Part shown: piece after piece, positions 11,829-23,973 of the stretch | How positions within the stretch are numbered: position 1 is the stretch's first letter | Layout: each line of letters starts with the position of its first letter | Assembly: GCF_037042905.1 (NCBI RefSeq) | Contig: NC_087245.1 | Coordinates: 43,650,001-43,714,000 of the forward strand | DNA length: 64,000 nt | Direction of reading: 5' to 3' | Origin: Lytechinus pictus | Taxonomy: Eukaryota | Position numbers and translations under genes: made by a program | Notes under the pieces: model-generated | The model's input: only the letters and a program-made list of their open reading frames with translations | What the model was told of the DNA's origin: nothing | Database searches by the model: none

Positions 11829-12563
11829 CGGGGGCTTTAAAGTGCCATCGACTTGACGACTTGGCGAGATACTTTATCTTGCCATGTCGACATAATAACC
11901 TTATTATTCTTGGGTTCGAAGCCTTTGGCTTCTTGGCTACCGCCTTCTTGGTCGCCTTCTTGGGTGTCGATTTCTTGGCAGGGACTTTCTTCTTTGGTGT
12001 CTTTTTCTTCTCTTTTTTCTCAGTAGTCTTCTTTACTGGCTTTATTATGTCGATATGGTGAGATACGTTATCTCGCCAAGTCGACTTATAAAAAGTTATA
12101 TGTCGACATGGCGAGATACGTTATCTCGCCAATTCGACTTATAAAAAGTTATATGTCAACATGGCGAGATACGGTATCTTGCCAAGTTGACTTATAAAAC
12201 GTTATATGTCAACATGGCGAGATATTTTATCTTGCCAAGTCGACTTATAAAACATTATATGTCGACATGGCAAGATATAAAGTGTCCAAGGCCCGGAGAG
12301 ATTCCAAATATCTCGCCAAGTTGACATATAACTTTTTATAAGTCGACTTGGCAAGATAAAATATCTCGCCAAGTTGACATATAACTTTTTACAAGTCGAC
12401 TTGACAAGATAAAATATCTCGCCAAGTTGACATATAACCTTTTATAAATCGACTTGGCGAGATAACGTATCTCGCCATATCGACATAATAACCTTATTAT
12501 GTCGACATGACGAGATAAAGTATCTCGCCAAGTCGTCAAGTCGATGGCACTTTAAAGGCTCCG
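11829..12563. mobile_element. Foldback element copy 1 (TA-flanked), carrying a histone H1 fragment
   Basis: Long TIRs cgg(g/a)gc.tttaaagtgccatcgacttgacgacttggcgagatac; ~57-bp palindromic units; unique centre near 12280-12310. Confidence 0.85.
11908..12042 (-). pseudogene. H1: Histone H1 C-terminal tail fragment (early/embryonic H1-like)
   Basis: Minus strand reads KPVKKTTEKKEKKKTPKKKVPAKKSTPKKATKKAVAKKPKAS with two TPKK motifs; matches my recollection of sea urchin early H1 (KPVKKTTEKKEKKKTPKK...AKKSTPKK); flanked by ttattat direct repeats. Confidence 0.8.
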
Positions 12564-12872
12564 TAAAATACTGTAATTATGTTAAGTATTATTTTCTTTG
12601 TTATTATATTGTAATTCACAAATTTGTAAATTGACCCCTTCAGACTGTGGTGCTTGCCAATATTTGTACGTGAAATTATATACCAATAAAAGCTACTAGT
12701 GCACGACATACATTCAAAGCTTGATGATAATAGTGGGCGGTGATGATGTAAGCCTGTTGTGATTTAGCATTTGGTTTAAAGGGACGCTTCGGGCTGAATA
12801 TATTTATATCTCAATGAATAAAGTAAAATTCAAGGAGCAAAATGCTGAAATTTGATCAAAATCGGATAACTA

Positions 12873-13341
12873 CGGAGCCATCGACTTGACGACTTGGCGA
12901 GATACGTTATCTCGAAAGTCGACTTATAAAAAGTTATATGTCGACATGGCGAGATACGTTATCTCGCCAACTCGACTTGTAAAAAGTTATATGTCGACAT
13001 GGCGAGATATGTTATCTTCCCATTTGATTTATAAAAAGTTATATGTCAACTTGGTGAGATATTTGGACTTTCGCCGGGCCTTGGACACTTTATACCTCGC
13101 CATGTCGACATATAATGTTTTAAATACTTGTCAAGATGAAATATCTCGCCATGTTGACACATAACGTTTTAAAAGTCAACTTGGCAAGATAACGTATCTC
13201 GCCATGTCAACATAAATTTCTATAAGTTGACTTGGCGAGATAATGTATCTCGCCATGTCGACATAATAAGGCTATTATATCGACATGGCAAGATAAATTA
13301 TCTCGCCAAGTCGTCAAGTCGATGGAATTTTAAAGGCTCCG
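12873..13341. mobile_element. Foldback element copy 2, inverted relative to copy 1, with deletions in the left arm
   Basis: Same TIR and units; centre gagatatttggactttcgccgggccttggacactttat is the reverse complement of the copy-1 centre. Confidence 0.85.
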
Positions 13342-14033
13342 TAGTTAGCCTATTACTTTAACACTTTATATACAGTTTCATTATCAAACTAGAAAAGTTC
13401 GACTGCGCGCAGTCGATGGGTATGCCTCCGCCCACTATGTATTTAAACCAAAAGATAAGACGGTGAAATGGTCCAAATAGAAGACAGACCATTTTACCAT
13501 AGTATGGCAATAGGGTTCATGTTCTATCTAGAAAATATACAATTTTACCATCTTATGATGTGTAGTATGAGTGTATACATGTGCGGTGGTTAAACAGTCT
13601 ACAATCTACACAAAAATCTCATTTATTTCATAGTTAAAACCCCCAATAAGCAAATAATTCTTCAGTTATTAGTGTTTATTATGCTTCTTCTTGTCCCATT
13701 GCTAAAACTGCATTATACCCGTCTCATAAAAAAGTTCAAACCTCTAAACTTTAAAGTCATTTTTCTCAGAACAGCGATTTTCGAGATTTTTTTTACCATC
13801 AGACGGCCGAACACAAGATGTTGGTACTTTTTTCATACATTTCTCCTATGTGACACACCTACAAGAATTCCAGGGGGTGCTGCCTATGGAAAATAATACA
13901 CGGAGCACCCCTTGGAAAAATCTTGGAGGTGCTTCAGCACCCCTGGCACCCCCGCTTCCCATGTCCATGAACCAATCAGAATTGTCTTTTCAAATAAGCG
14001 ATTAATCGCTAACCGTAGTGTTACGGGGCCAAG

Positions 14034-14165
14034 GGGCCCGTTGCAGAAAACGTAACAATCTTAAAGTCAAACGAAAATTGATTGTTAACCAACCAAACGC
14101 GCGCATTCGGGACTTGCTCTTGACGAGCGTTCAAGTTCAAACGCAACTCTTTCTGCAACAGGCCC
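14034..14165. mobile_element. Short Harbinger-like MITE
   Basis: TIR gggcccgttgcagaaa / tttctgcaacaggccc. Confidence 0.5.
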
Positions 14166-14297
14166 GAGTTCTGACAAACTTTCTTGATCTTGATTGGCTG
14201 AGGACAGTTCCTAAAGTAATAACTGTCTATCTGATAAAACATACTTTGTCGGATAAAACAACCGACGAGTCTTTTCCTGAAACTGCTCACCCGATCG

Positions 14298-15374
14298 TCA
14301 ACGAGGTCTATTAGTCCCAAGACCACAGAGGTTGCCACTTAAACAGTTGCGCCACGCCTCAAGAGACAATTTCCTCGCTTCTGAATTCGTCACCAGGTAA
14401 ATGATGGGCTGTACCCAAGTGGTGCTTAGAGACATCTTGTCCAGAACAACTAAGGCGGACGGATGCATAGGTATCATGAACATCATAACGTAAGGTACCC
14501 ATACTGCGCAAAAGGAGCCTGTAAGAAGGACTATCGTGAGCAAACCCTTGAAACGACTCTTATGATTTTGAGAAAGATTCTGATCTCGTAAGACACCACT
14601 CACACTAGTGTCAAAATCTGACGTCGGCTGATTATCAGCGTGCGCACCAAGAGTACGTCGATCTCTTTCAACAGTCGTGTTCGCTGGAAATGGTGCAGTA
14701 ACTCTCATGCGTCTTGCAATGATGAGCAATTTCATATACATAATCGTCGTAAAAATTGCCGTCACAAATAGGGGCAAGATCGTGAATATCGTATGCGCTA
14801 TGGAGGCCCACTGATCCTGTACACTGAGGTTGGTGGCCAAGCATCGGTTTACCAAGACTTGGATGATTGGTGACGCTGGGATCGGTAGATACGGTGCGCA
14901 CAGTATCATAACCAAGAGGTAAATGACACCAAGAGTGGTATAGAAACGTGTTCGGGTTACTATGGTGTAATATCGAAGAGGCCTGGTGACAAGAAGATAA
15001 AGATTGAGACTGATTCCACAAAGACAACACATGACGGACATGAAGGAGACATAAAATGCATAAGCAAAAACCAGGCTTATGGTAGTACATGACTCTTTAT
15101 GCACGAACCAAAAGATAATCCACATGCTCCAATCGCAGCCCAGAACCATGTTAGATACTGCTAAAATCTGATGAAAAAGACGCATGTATTCTTGTAAATT
15201 TCGTTGCTGTCTGATGACAATCAAAACAGTTAAATTCAAGATGACACAGAGAGAAAGCAGACTGATGTACAACACAATAACCGGTTCATTAAGTTCCATA
15301 TTCCATGTTGCTTCTTGGTTTGTATCATTACCGTCGCTAAAAGCTACGGTGGTCGACATTGTGCTTTTTATCAT
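14298..15374 (-). CDS. Intronless rhodopsin-family (class A) GPCR, orphan / chemoreceptor-like
   Basis: 358-aa ORF with seven hydrophobic segments, N-terminal N-glycosylation sequon, TM3 Cys, ISLNLY..VTRPLRY, TM5 Y..L...ARR, TM6 FCAVWVP, TM7 QPIIY. The start may be M1 or M6. Confidence 0.93.
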   Translation of the reverse strand: MIKSTMSTTVAFSDGNDTNQEATWNMELNEPVIVLYISLLSLCVILNLTVLIVIRQQRNLQEYMRLFHQILAVSNMVLGCDWSMWIIFWFVHKESCTTISLVFAYAFYVSFMSVMCCLCGISLNLYLLVTRPLRYYTIVTRTRFYTTLGVIYLLVMILCAPYLPIPASPIIQVLVNRCLATNLSVQDQWASIAHTIFTILPLFVTAIFTTIMYMKLLIIARRMRVTAPFPANTTVERDRRTLGAHADNQPTSDFDTSVSGVLRDQNLSQNHKSRFKGLLTIVLLTGSFCAVWVPYVMMFMIPMHPSALVVLDKMSLSTTWVQPIIYLVTNSEARKLSLEAWRNCLSGNLCGLGTNRPR

Positions 15375-16443
15375 TTTTGTACATGCACAAGTATTTATTT
15401 ACGAAACAATGATTATCTTTTGTTTATGCTTGAGAATATAAACATGGCATTGGATGGTCAAGACTGCCAACCACTTCTAAAGAAGAGGTCTAGCTTAGAT
15501 ATCCAGCTATGTACAAGTGTACCTGCCGATAAGAAATGTTGCCGAGATCTCATAAACGGCGACATACCACCTTTATTTCCTTAATTTTTCACTAAGAGCT
15601 GTCATAAAAAATCAAGTACTCACTCTCCTCAATGGAGCTTGCTCTTGTCAGCTAAATAGGCCCACCCAAGTCAGTGATCGTCGGCAATCACATATAGGAC
15701 AATGTCAAGAGATACAATTACTTAGTCTATGTCAAAGCTTGCAACAATCTCCCTCGCAGGAAATAAAATCGATATGCATTTAAGGAAGTTACAGCGTAAA
15801 TTAGCTATACAAGGATCACCATAGATACTAATGGATGGTTTCACCAAAAAACATGACTTCAGTGACTTGCACATTTGGGAGACTAATGGTCGGCGATGAA
15901 AAAGAAGGCAAACAATAAGAAAGTGAAGGGGAAGTGAAGACAGTGATGTTGGAAAAGGATGGAGAAGTTAAGTTGGGAAGAAATACATCTGGCAGAAAAG
16001 AAATTATGTTATGTTATGGTAAAGAAACGGCGGTGGTAGGGGAGAGGATAAGAAAATAAAGTGAGGAAAAGGAATGGGGGAGAATGAGGAAAAAAGGACA
16101 TAAACGCGGATGGAAACTTAAACGTGAGCGGATTGGCAACAAACATAAGCTTGGGCAGACACCTAAAGATCGTGTGTTAAACATCAAAGTGGGCTAATGG
16201 GCTTTTGAGTATAGAAACCCTTTAAGCTTCCATTTAAATCGGCCAAACAAAATTACCTTGGTTGTCTATCAATGCCATGTACACGAGTATAATAACTAGA
16301 TTCACATGGAGCTCAATACAGTCTTTCCAAGGAGAAAGTGTTTTCATTTTTTTTTATTGACAATTGACAAGAACGCGGCTTTTTATTATTTACATAACTT
16401 TAAAATGGCCTTGAATTGATATGAATTGAATGAATTAGGTGAA

Positions 16444-17017
16444 AACAAGTGGAACGCCTCTGGCATTCTCGCCTGCATTACGCGATTCAATAGCATAATT
16501 ATTCACAATAAAAACAACATTCACATGATCATTGACTCTGATCATGTGACCTAAGACCTTGTGCAAGAGGATCCTTGATTACCACTACATGTATGTCCAC
16601 ATTTCATGAACTATTAGTTTTGGCAATTCAACAAATATCCCCAATATGGCCAACGGTCATTGACCTTTGACCTTGGTCATGTGACCTGAAAATCATGCAG
16701 GATATTCACTGATACTTAATGATTACTCTTATGTCCAAGTTTCATGCACTACATAGTGAGTCAGAAAAAATGTCCCACTTTTGTAAAGTTGAATTGTTTA
16801 AAATATGAATATTTAATCATTAGTTTCATGATATGTCTTGATAGAGGTATCCTCCAAGTACATTCAGGTACCTTTTTCATTTGATCCCCTGCACGCATGA
16901 CTGAACATCGGACAATCTTTAGAAGACTGTCAGATCTCACTTGCGCCAAGTTACTGGGTGATGAATAAAACAGTGCTTTAGACAAAGACAGTCAGACAGA
17001 CAGACTGGCATGCTCTC

Positions 17018-17054
<37 letters not shown>

Positions 17055-18440
17055 TGCACACGCACTGGCAGACCCACTCAAACATGCACACACAAGCACA
17101 CACACACAGACACACAATTACTGCAAACGTCGGTGAATAAAAACACAAACAATTAAAAGGGAATTTTTGTATTTGTTGAGGTAGTTTATTGTGGTTCAAC
17201 AATGAATCTGTTTCCCCCAAAGTTCTCCATGGTCTCCATCCTCCGTACTCAACATTCCGGAGAACAGTCTTTCTGCTGGGACACCGAACATCTGGGTAAC
17301 GGCGGCGAAACCCTTGCAAAACAACTGCTACACTCTGAGTCCTTGCATACTCTGTGACCATAAATGACCTATGTTGTGGTGTGAATTGAGGACGAACCAT
17401 GATTCGTGTACTTTTGCTACTGTAAAAAGAGGCTCAAGTGACTGCTGCCAAATCAGGCAAGCCCTTTTATAGGCAAGTGCAACAAAAGCACAGACATCCA
17501 TTGAAAATTTTCATTGTTAACCAACAAAAGACATAACCAGCATATTGGATTTATGTGCACTTGATGATGATGATGAAGATGAAGATCAAGATCAAGATGA
17601 TGACAATGAGGATGATGATGATGATATGATGGTGGTAGTGAATGTGTTTTAAGGGGAAAGATTGTCGGGAATTGCCACTTAAACATTCAGCGATCTTGCT
17701 AAAAATCAATGCTTAATCAGAAAAGAGAAAATTATGAACCAGTTATTACCATATGTTGTGTGTGTTTGTGTGTGTGTGTGTGTTTGTGCGTGTGTGTTTC
17801 AGTCTGTCGGACTGTCTTTGTTCAAAAGAGTATTTTATTCCCCACCCTGTAACTTGGCGCTAGTGAGATCTGACAGTCTTCTAAAGATTGTCCGCTGTTC
17901 AGTCATGCGTGCAGGGGATCAAATGAAAAAGGTACCTGAATGTACTGGGAGGATACCTCTATCAAGACATATCATGAAACTAATGATTAAATATTCATAT
18001 TTTAAACAATTCAACTTTACAAAAGTGGGACATTTTTTCTGACTCACTCTGTAGATCCATATACTTTCAAACTTTTAACATTTCAAAAAGTTTAATCTTG
18101 GTTAAGATTTCGTTTTGATTCCAGCATCATAATCTAAGTTCATTGACTCTAAATGAACTTTCACCTTGGTCATGTGACCTGAAACTCATACGGGATGTTC
18201 AGTGATACTCGATTACTCTTTTCCAAGTTTCATGACTAGATCCATAGACTATCAAAGTTATGATGGCAATTCAACAAATATCCCCATCATGGCCAAAGTT
18301 CATTGACCCTAAATGACCTTTAAACTTGGTCATGATTACCCTATGTCTAAGTTTCATAAACTCGATCCATACACTTTCTGAGTTATGACATTCCAAAAAC
18401 TTAAACTGACGTTAAGATTTCATGTTGACGCCGCCGCCGT
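16444..18440 (-). mobile_element. Helentron-associated (HINE-like) repeat family A, interrupted by a Tc1/mariner element
   Basis: Begins aacaagtgg..cgcctctggc..tctcgcctgca; ~163-bp tgacctttgacc units; same family at 28335, 45180, 55998. Confidence 0.55.
16752..18051 (-). mobile_element. Internally deleted Tc1/mariner-superfamily transposon
   Basis: TA TSD (16750-51, 18052-53); >230-bp near-identical TIRs ca(t/g)agtgagtcagaaaaaatgtccc; minus ORF from 17400 starts MVRPQFTPQHRSFMVTEY..SVAVVLQGFRRRYP..PSRKTVLR, a DUF4817-like transposase HTH; removal restores the host repeat catg.acTAgatccat. Confidence 0.88.
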
Positions 18441-20807
18441 CTACAGACAATAACTGAAACAGGTATAACACACACACACAAATCCTAAATTTCGGATGGC
18501 AAATAATTAAGTTGTGGCATTCCCCATTGGCATTTTTCTTTTAATTTTGAAATGAATGAACGCTCGCATTTTCACCACCATTCTTATTTTATCATGAAAA
18601 ATATCAAAAATTAAATTTGTTACGGAAAAATATCTACGTTTAAAACAAGAATGATGATCATCCGAAAGATCAACTCTCACGAAATAGGCCGGACATTTCT
18701 GGTAGGTTATACGGCCGGTGGAGTGCATCCCCCCCTCCCTCCACACTTCAACAGATCTCGGTCGTCATCCACACAATCGTGTTTAAATTCATTCGGCAGG
18801 ATAGCAATAATGTATGCCCCTTGGTAATGAAATGTGCATCTGGCTGTTCGTTGATGGTGGATGTGGCCAAGAGGGCCATGAAAAGGACCCCCCCCCCAAA
18901 AAAAAAGGCTAGTCTAGCTGAAAAGGAAACTTCAAGTTATCTGTGGGATATTGTCTTGCTTAGCTTCAGGGTCATTGAAAAAAAGGATCCTAGACATTTT
19001 TTTTTTTAGGGGTTGCACCAAATGGGTGGTGGTTGGGAGTAGGTGTGGCTGAGGGGAAAGGGCGGGGGAGGAAGAACACATGGGGGAAGGTATATCTAAG
19101 CTTGGGGAAGGGGGTCCTTAAACATGACAAAAGGAACCAAAAAAAAAAAAAAACTGAAAGATCGTCACCATTAGGAAATTAAAAATGCAAAGCTCCAAGT
19201 GTGGTTCTAGAATTTTTTATTTTTTTTGGTGGGTGGGAGCTTTTTCTTCTTTCTACGTTGGTATTTCAATTTCAATGGAAATGGCTTATATCGTAGGCAG
19301 CATGGGGGTACTGTAATATGTAATATCATCCTATCTCCCCTGCCCCCTCCCCAAAAAACCTATTTGTCTCAATATTATGCACGTGATTGCAGTGACCAAA
19401 AAAAAAACGTATGCAAACTGCTTGAGAATGTTTTTCAGAATCACTTCATCTCCATTTAAACACCGATCAGGGCATGTGATTTCACTTCTAATCACGATAT
19501 TGGGGACGAGAGTGGTTGTAATTGTGAAGAGGGCCCGTGTGACGTAAAATCACAGTTTGAGCCACTTTGTGACGACCTCAACAATCGATTACGAAAAGGT
19601 TACGATATACAAATCAATTCATATGTACTTGTTTTATCAGTTTCATATGTATTTCCATGCTTTTCCAACCTTTTGTTTTTAATATATTTTTTTTCAATGA
19701 AATTTCATGGCTTTATTTTAACAATCGCAAACACCATATTCAATTGCTGTCGAGTATTTTGGCAAAAGAAGTACCAAGTCTAAAACACAGTTTGTATTGA
19801 AATAACACACAAAATTACATCTTTTGAGTCATTCTTTGGTCAAACGTGTTGATGAAACATGAAAAAGTGGGTCTCAAAAATTGTGTGAAACTCCGAAAAA
19901 GAATGTGGTAAAATCTTGTGTCATTTGGATTATTTCAAGAATCATTGGAGGGGGATACTTGGGGATGGGAGGCCCACTCCCGAGTTTGAGTATAATGAGC
20001 AAATAATCCCTTTTGTATGATTGGAGAAAATGAATACTCCTAAATTTATATGATAAACTACAAAAGAAAAGGTGCGGAGATAACATCACTATCAGTAATG
20101 TTAACTCATTGCATACCCCAAAACTCCTGTCAGATACTAAGACCTCGAATGCTGCAGATCTTTTCATTTGTGCTTGCACATTTTCTGGGTGAAAGTTTGA
20201 GCTATGGCCTGATCAGGGCTTAAAGTACTATCAATTAATCAAAATACAAATTTATGAAATTTCAACATTGAAGGCTGAATATCAATACCTAGTAAAAGAT
20301 ATCAAAATGCAAATTTCAACACATTGCATTTTTAATTCAATCATAACAGGCAATATATTGGATATATGGAAACAAGTAAGCCAAATAATCATTAGCTTTA
20401 TACTGCTATGTTTAATAATTAAATATATACTTTCTTCTAACATTCAGGGCATTCCAACACAAGTTGTATATCACGTAACCTGAAAATTTCAAAACCTTTG
20501 AGGGTGCGCTTGAATTTATACTACAAGAAACTCAGAAAAGGCAAATGAAATTCTGATGAATAGCTCTTTATTTGATTAAGATCCCAAACTGGGATACATT
20601 TGTAATGATATCATCATCATTTTAAGTCATTATCATTCAAATACATGTATTTGCAAAAAGGCAACTCTTTGAATTATTGTATAATGCACAAACAACCTCA
20701 TGTAACATTAAGAAGTGGAAGAAGGTTTCATTATTTCCTCAAAAAGTAACAAAAATCTTGTTGATTACATCATTGCTATCTTATCATATGACCTCTGTTA
20801 AACAACA

Positions 20808-20862
20808 TATGAAAGAAGTGAGAGAGAATGAAAGAAGTGAGAGAGAATGAAAGAAGTGAGAG
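20808..20862. repeat. Minisatellite, 19-bp unit atgaaagaagtgagagaga x3
   Basis: Seen directly. Confidence 0.85.
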
Positions 20863-21659
20863 ATAAAGAAAGAGAATGTATTTTTCAACATACAATACAA
20901 TTTGAGAATATTTTATTTGAAATTAAAATTGTCAAATACAGTGTGTACTATTAAAGAAGATTATAAATATTAACGATGTGCATTGATACACAGTAACTAC
21001 AGACCAATGGATTTCTTCATTATTCTACTTCAAAATGTGATGTTCTGTTATCACATGATTTATGAGGAATCAGAAAATTTGACCATTAATGTGGGTGTCT
21101 CGTGTGATATTGGGGTAAATAAAATTGCTAACAAATTCACTTAACTTGAAAAAGAAAGGTAAGTTTACTGCATGTAGAACGAGAAAATGTGACTACACAA
21201 AGTAAACTGGGGAGAAATTGCTCAGCCGAAATATTTCAGATATTTTTTAGGGGGTCACGTTGCCAGGGTGTGGGCATACATAAAACATTCCTTTATGGTG
21301 GATATTTTTTCTCTACAACCCTCTCCATAGACGACAAAAGAAAGTGAAAGTAAACAAATCTATTTCCCACCTCAAACTGAATTGTCCTTAATCCGTTTTT
21401 TAAATATTTTTTTTATGTGTGTGGAGGAAGGGGGAGTTTTTAAGACTTCCTCCCACAAGGAACATGGCCATTATCATAATGATCATATCCAAATTGGCAT
21501 TTTGTGCAACTTTTTAATATGTTGTTAATATGTACATGATCAAATGGTTGATTTTTATAAAATCATTTTGTTCTATAAATGCTAATTCATACATAAATCC
21601 AGTATACTTTTTAATGATGTAAATATTATTTGAACCTGTACTTGTTTGCACTTGTTTCT

Positions 21660-21902
21660 GGGCATCGTGGTCTAGTGGTTAAGACTCTCATCTTTCAATC
21701 ATGGGGGACGTGGGGTCAAATCCCAGCCATGGCATGTTTTCCTTCAGCAAGAAATTTACCCACATTGTGCTGCACTCAACCCAGGTGAATGGGTACCCAG
21801 CAGGATTAATTTCTTGAATGCATGATCACTGGAAGGCAGTAGAATTAATAGAGTATTTCTAGATAGATGGCGCTATATAAATGCGTATTATTATTATCAT
21901 TA
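21660..21902 (+). mobile_element. tRNA-derived SINE
   Basis: A box tggtctagtgg, B-box-like ggtcaaatccc, conserved core ccttcagcaag...cacccaggtg-like..aatgggtacc, 3' gcgctatataaatgc followed by a (tat)n tail. Confidence 0.8.
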
Positions 21903-22269
21903 AGTATACAAGTACACTAAAGGGAAATTAATCTTTAAAAAAAAATCAAAAGGGAAATCAATATCAAACCTTTAATCCAATGAAAACTTGAACTCATATT
22001 CACCACAGTACTCTTTTCATTATTTTTCTTCTGACCAAACCATGTAATTAAGTCAAGTACTTGCATTACACTCAGAAAGATTTTGATACATGCACTATTA
22101 CTTACTTTAGTAAACATTTTCCAAATGTAGTGCCTTATTAAAGTCATATACTCTTTGAACACACACAAAGAAAATAAAAACTCAAACTTGACAATTTGTT
22201 GAAAATGAATAGGAAAACAACAGAATAATCAGCATCTTTTGCTGAACTAGAAATGCTGCAATATCAATT

Positions 22270-22819
22270 GCAATAATCAAATAACCCCGAAACCTCCAAG
22301 GTGTTTACTCGTTTTAATCAACTTTACAACATTGATAGGCGTCAGACTTACTAATTGTTCACTCTTCCATTACGAATCACTATTGACACCAGACTTCGAA
22401 TCACACACTATAAAATTTTAAATAACTTAATACCTACAAATGAATGGCTCACAAAAATAGGAAAGAAAACCAACGCATTATGCTCTTTTTGCAATGCGAC
22501 ACCCGAGACATTGGATCATTTGTTTTTTGCATGCCCTAAAATGGCATCCTTTTGGAATGTGTTGCGTATGCGAGTGACTGATTTTAATCCTAATTATTTC
22601 AATTCATGTGAAACTATTTTATTTGGATTATTAGAGCCATTTAGTCAATCCACCTTAGCATTTAATTTTCTAATTTTACTTGGTAAACAATTCATTTTGC
22701 GATGTAAATACCAAGAGGCTCTCCCTAGTTTGAAACAATTGAACTATTATCTTTTATCTCATAAAGTTACTGACGAAATTATTGCAAAAAAGAAAAACCT
22801 TTCATTTCTTTCATTATGA
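22270..22819 (+). mobile_element. L1/Tx1-clade LINE ORF2 3' fragment (zf-RVT region)
   Basis: YKILNNLIPTN..L.KIG....LCSFC...ETLDHLFFAC...SFW is the C-terminal CCHC zinc knuckle; no RT domain present. Confidence 0.85.
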
Positions 22820-23881
22820 TAGGCAGATTTCAAAGCAAGATATTACATAAGTAAGTGCATAGACCAGGTGACAATAGCACACAATGAACATGCTATGAAT
22901 GCATTAGCATGGTGTTAGATCAATGTACTTGGTCAACTATGAAATACCAGTCGCTAATGGACGTATTGCTTTTTTGTGGATCTAATGAAAAACCCAATTC
23001 AAATGAATATATGAATAATCAAGACATCAACATTAGATGTTAAACGACCATGTCACTTTAGTACAAATGACCTTCTTCAGATCATGCGCACGATATACAT
23101 GTACTGGTATTTTTAATTCAATGCAATTAACATATCTAATTTCATGATTACTCAGTTATACCTTAGACTTGCTTGTCATCACATCTTTCAAAGGGTAATT
23201 GGTATTTGACAACAGGCCAAATGTAAACCAATCGCCAGTTGATTTGTATCTGATGTTATAGCGCCATCTAAGCTAGTTATGTGAGAATACGGTTGTCCGA
23301 CACTTGACTTGGTTACAGTAATAAATGTATTGATCTCCACTACAAAGTTGCATTCAAGTCTTAATTATTTGTCAAATGAAGTAATGCGTTCAAAGCAAAC
23401 TGATCAATATTAGAACAGCAATAGCATCGAAAGGCACCTTCTCATATATCAAGGGCAAATTTTTTGGCAGTCCTAATAATTCTGTCACTTGAAAAATTCA
23501 AATGACGATGTTAGTACCTTTTAGCGATAAAAAGCATACAATCTTTTGATCCTGAATGGTCGTTGTCATTTTGTGATTGATTGAAAGCCTTTGATTTGTC
23601 CCAATACCTTATCCCCTCTCTCCGATCAAGATCGCAAAGAAATACTTGGTAGACCAGTACCACTAACCATATAATATATCCCTTATGACTTTTTAGTCAA
23701 AAAGTAAACTACAATAATAGGGTACAACCTAAACATAAAGGGCAACAAATCTTTACAGTGTTAGAAACTACATGTTGAACTTTGCAAGAAGTATGATCTA
23801 CACTGGGAAAAAGAAACAGAAGGTCAAAAAGAAAATGAACAAATCCAGTAATTCCACTCCAGGGGCATATTACATTTTGTC

Positions 23882-23973
23882 TTATATCTGATAGGCTTTC
23901 TTGAGCTTCTTGAGGTCATCTTCCTTGCATATCTCTGGCTTTGATGATATCATGTTGATGCATCTCTGCATAT
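23882..23973 (-). CDS. SPAG1: SPAG1 terminal coding exon
   Basis: NMQRCINMISSKPEICKEDDLKKLKKAYQI*; cag acceptor, TAA stop. Confidence 0.92.

Noticed and set aside
11819..12061. Plus-strand hydrophobic ORF resembling a membrane peptide
   Set aside because: It is the antisense reading of Lys-rich H1 codons
11827..13343. Palindromic ~57-bp units as a possible CRISPR or integron array
   Set aside because: Units are mirrored foldback arms without unique spacers
14018..15584. ORFs overlapping or flanking the GPCR in other frames
   Set aside because: Shadow ORFs with no recognisable motifs
17453..18042. His-rich and Cys-Val-rich ORFs
   Set aside because: Translations of (GAT)n and (TG)n microsatellites inside the Tc1/mariner element
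21660..21735. tRNA gene
   Set aside because: Broken cloverleaf continuing into a SINE core and (tat)n tail
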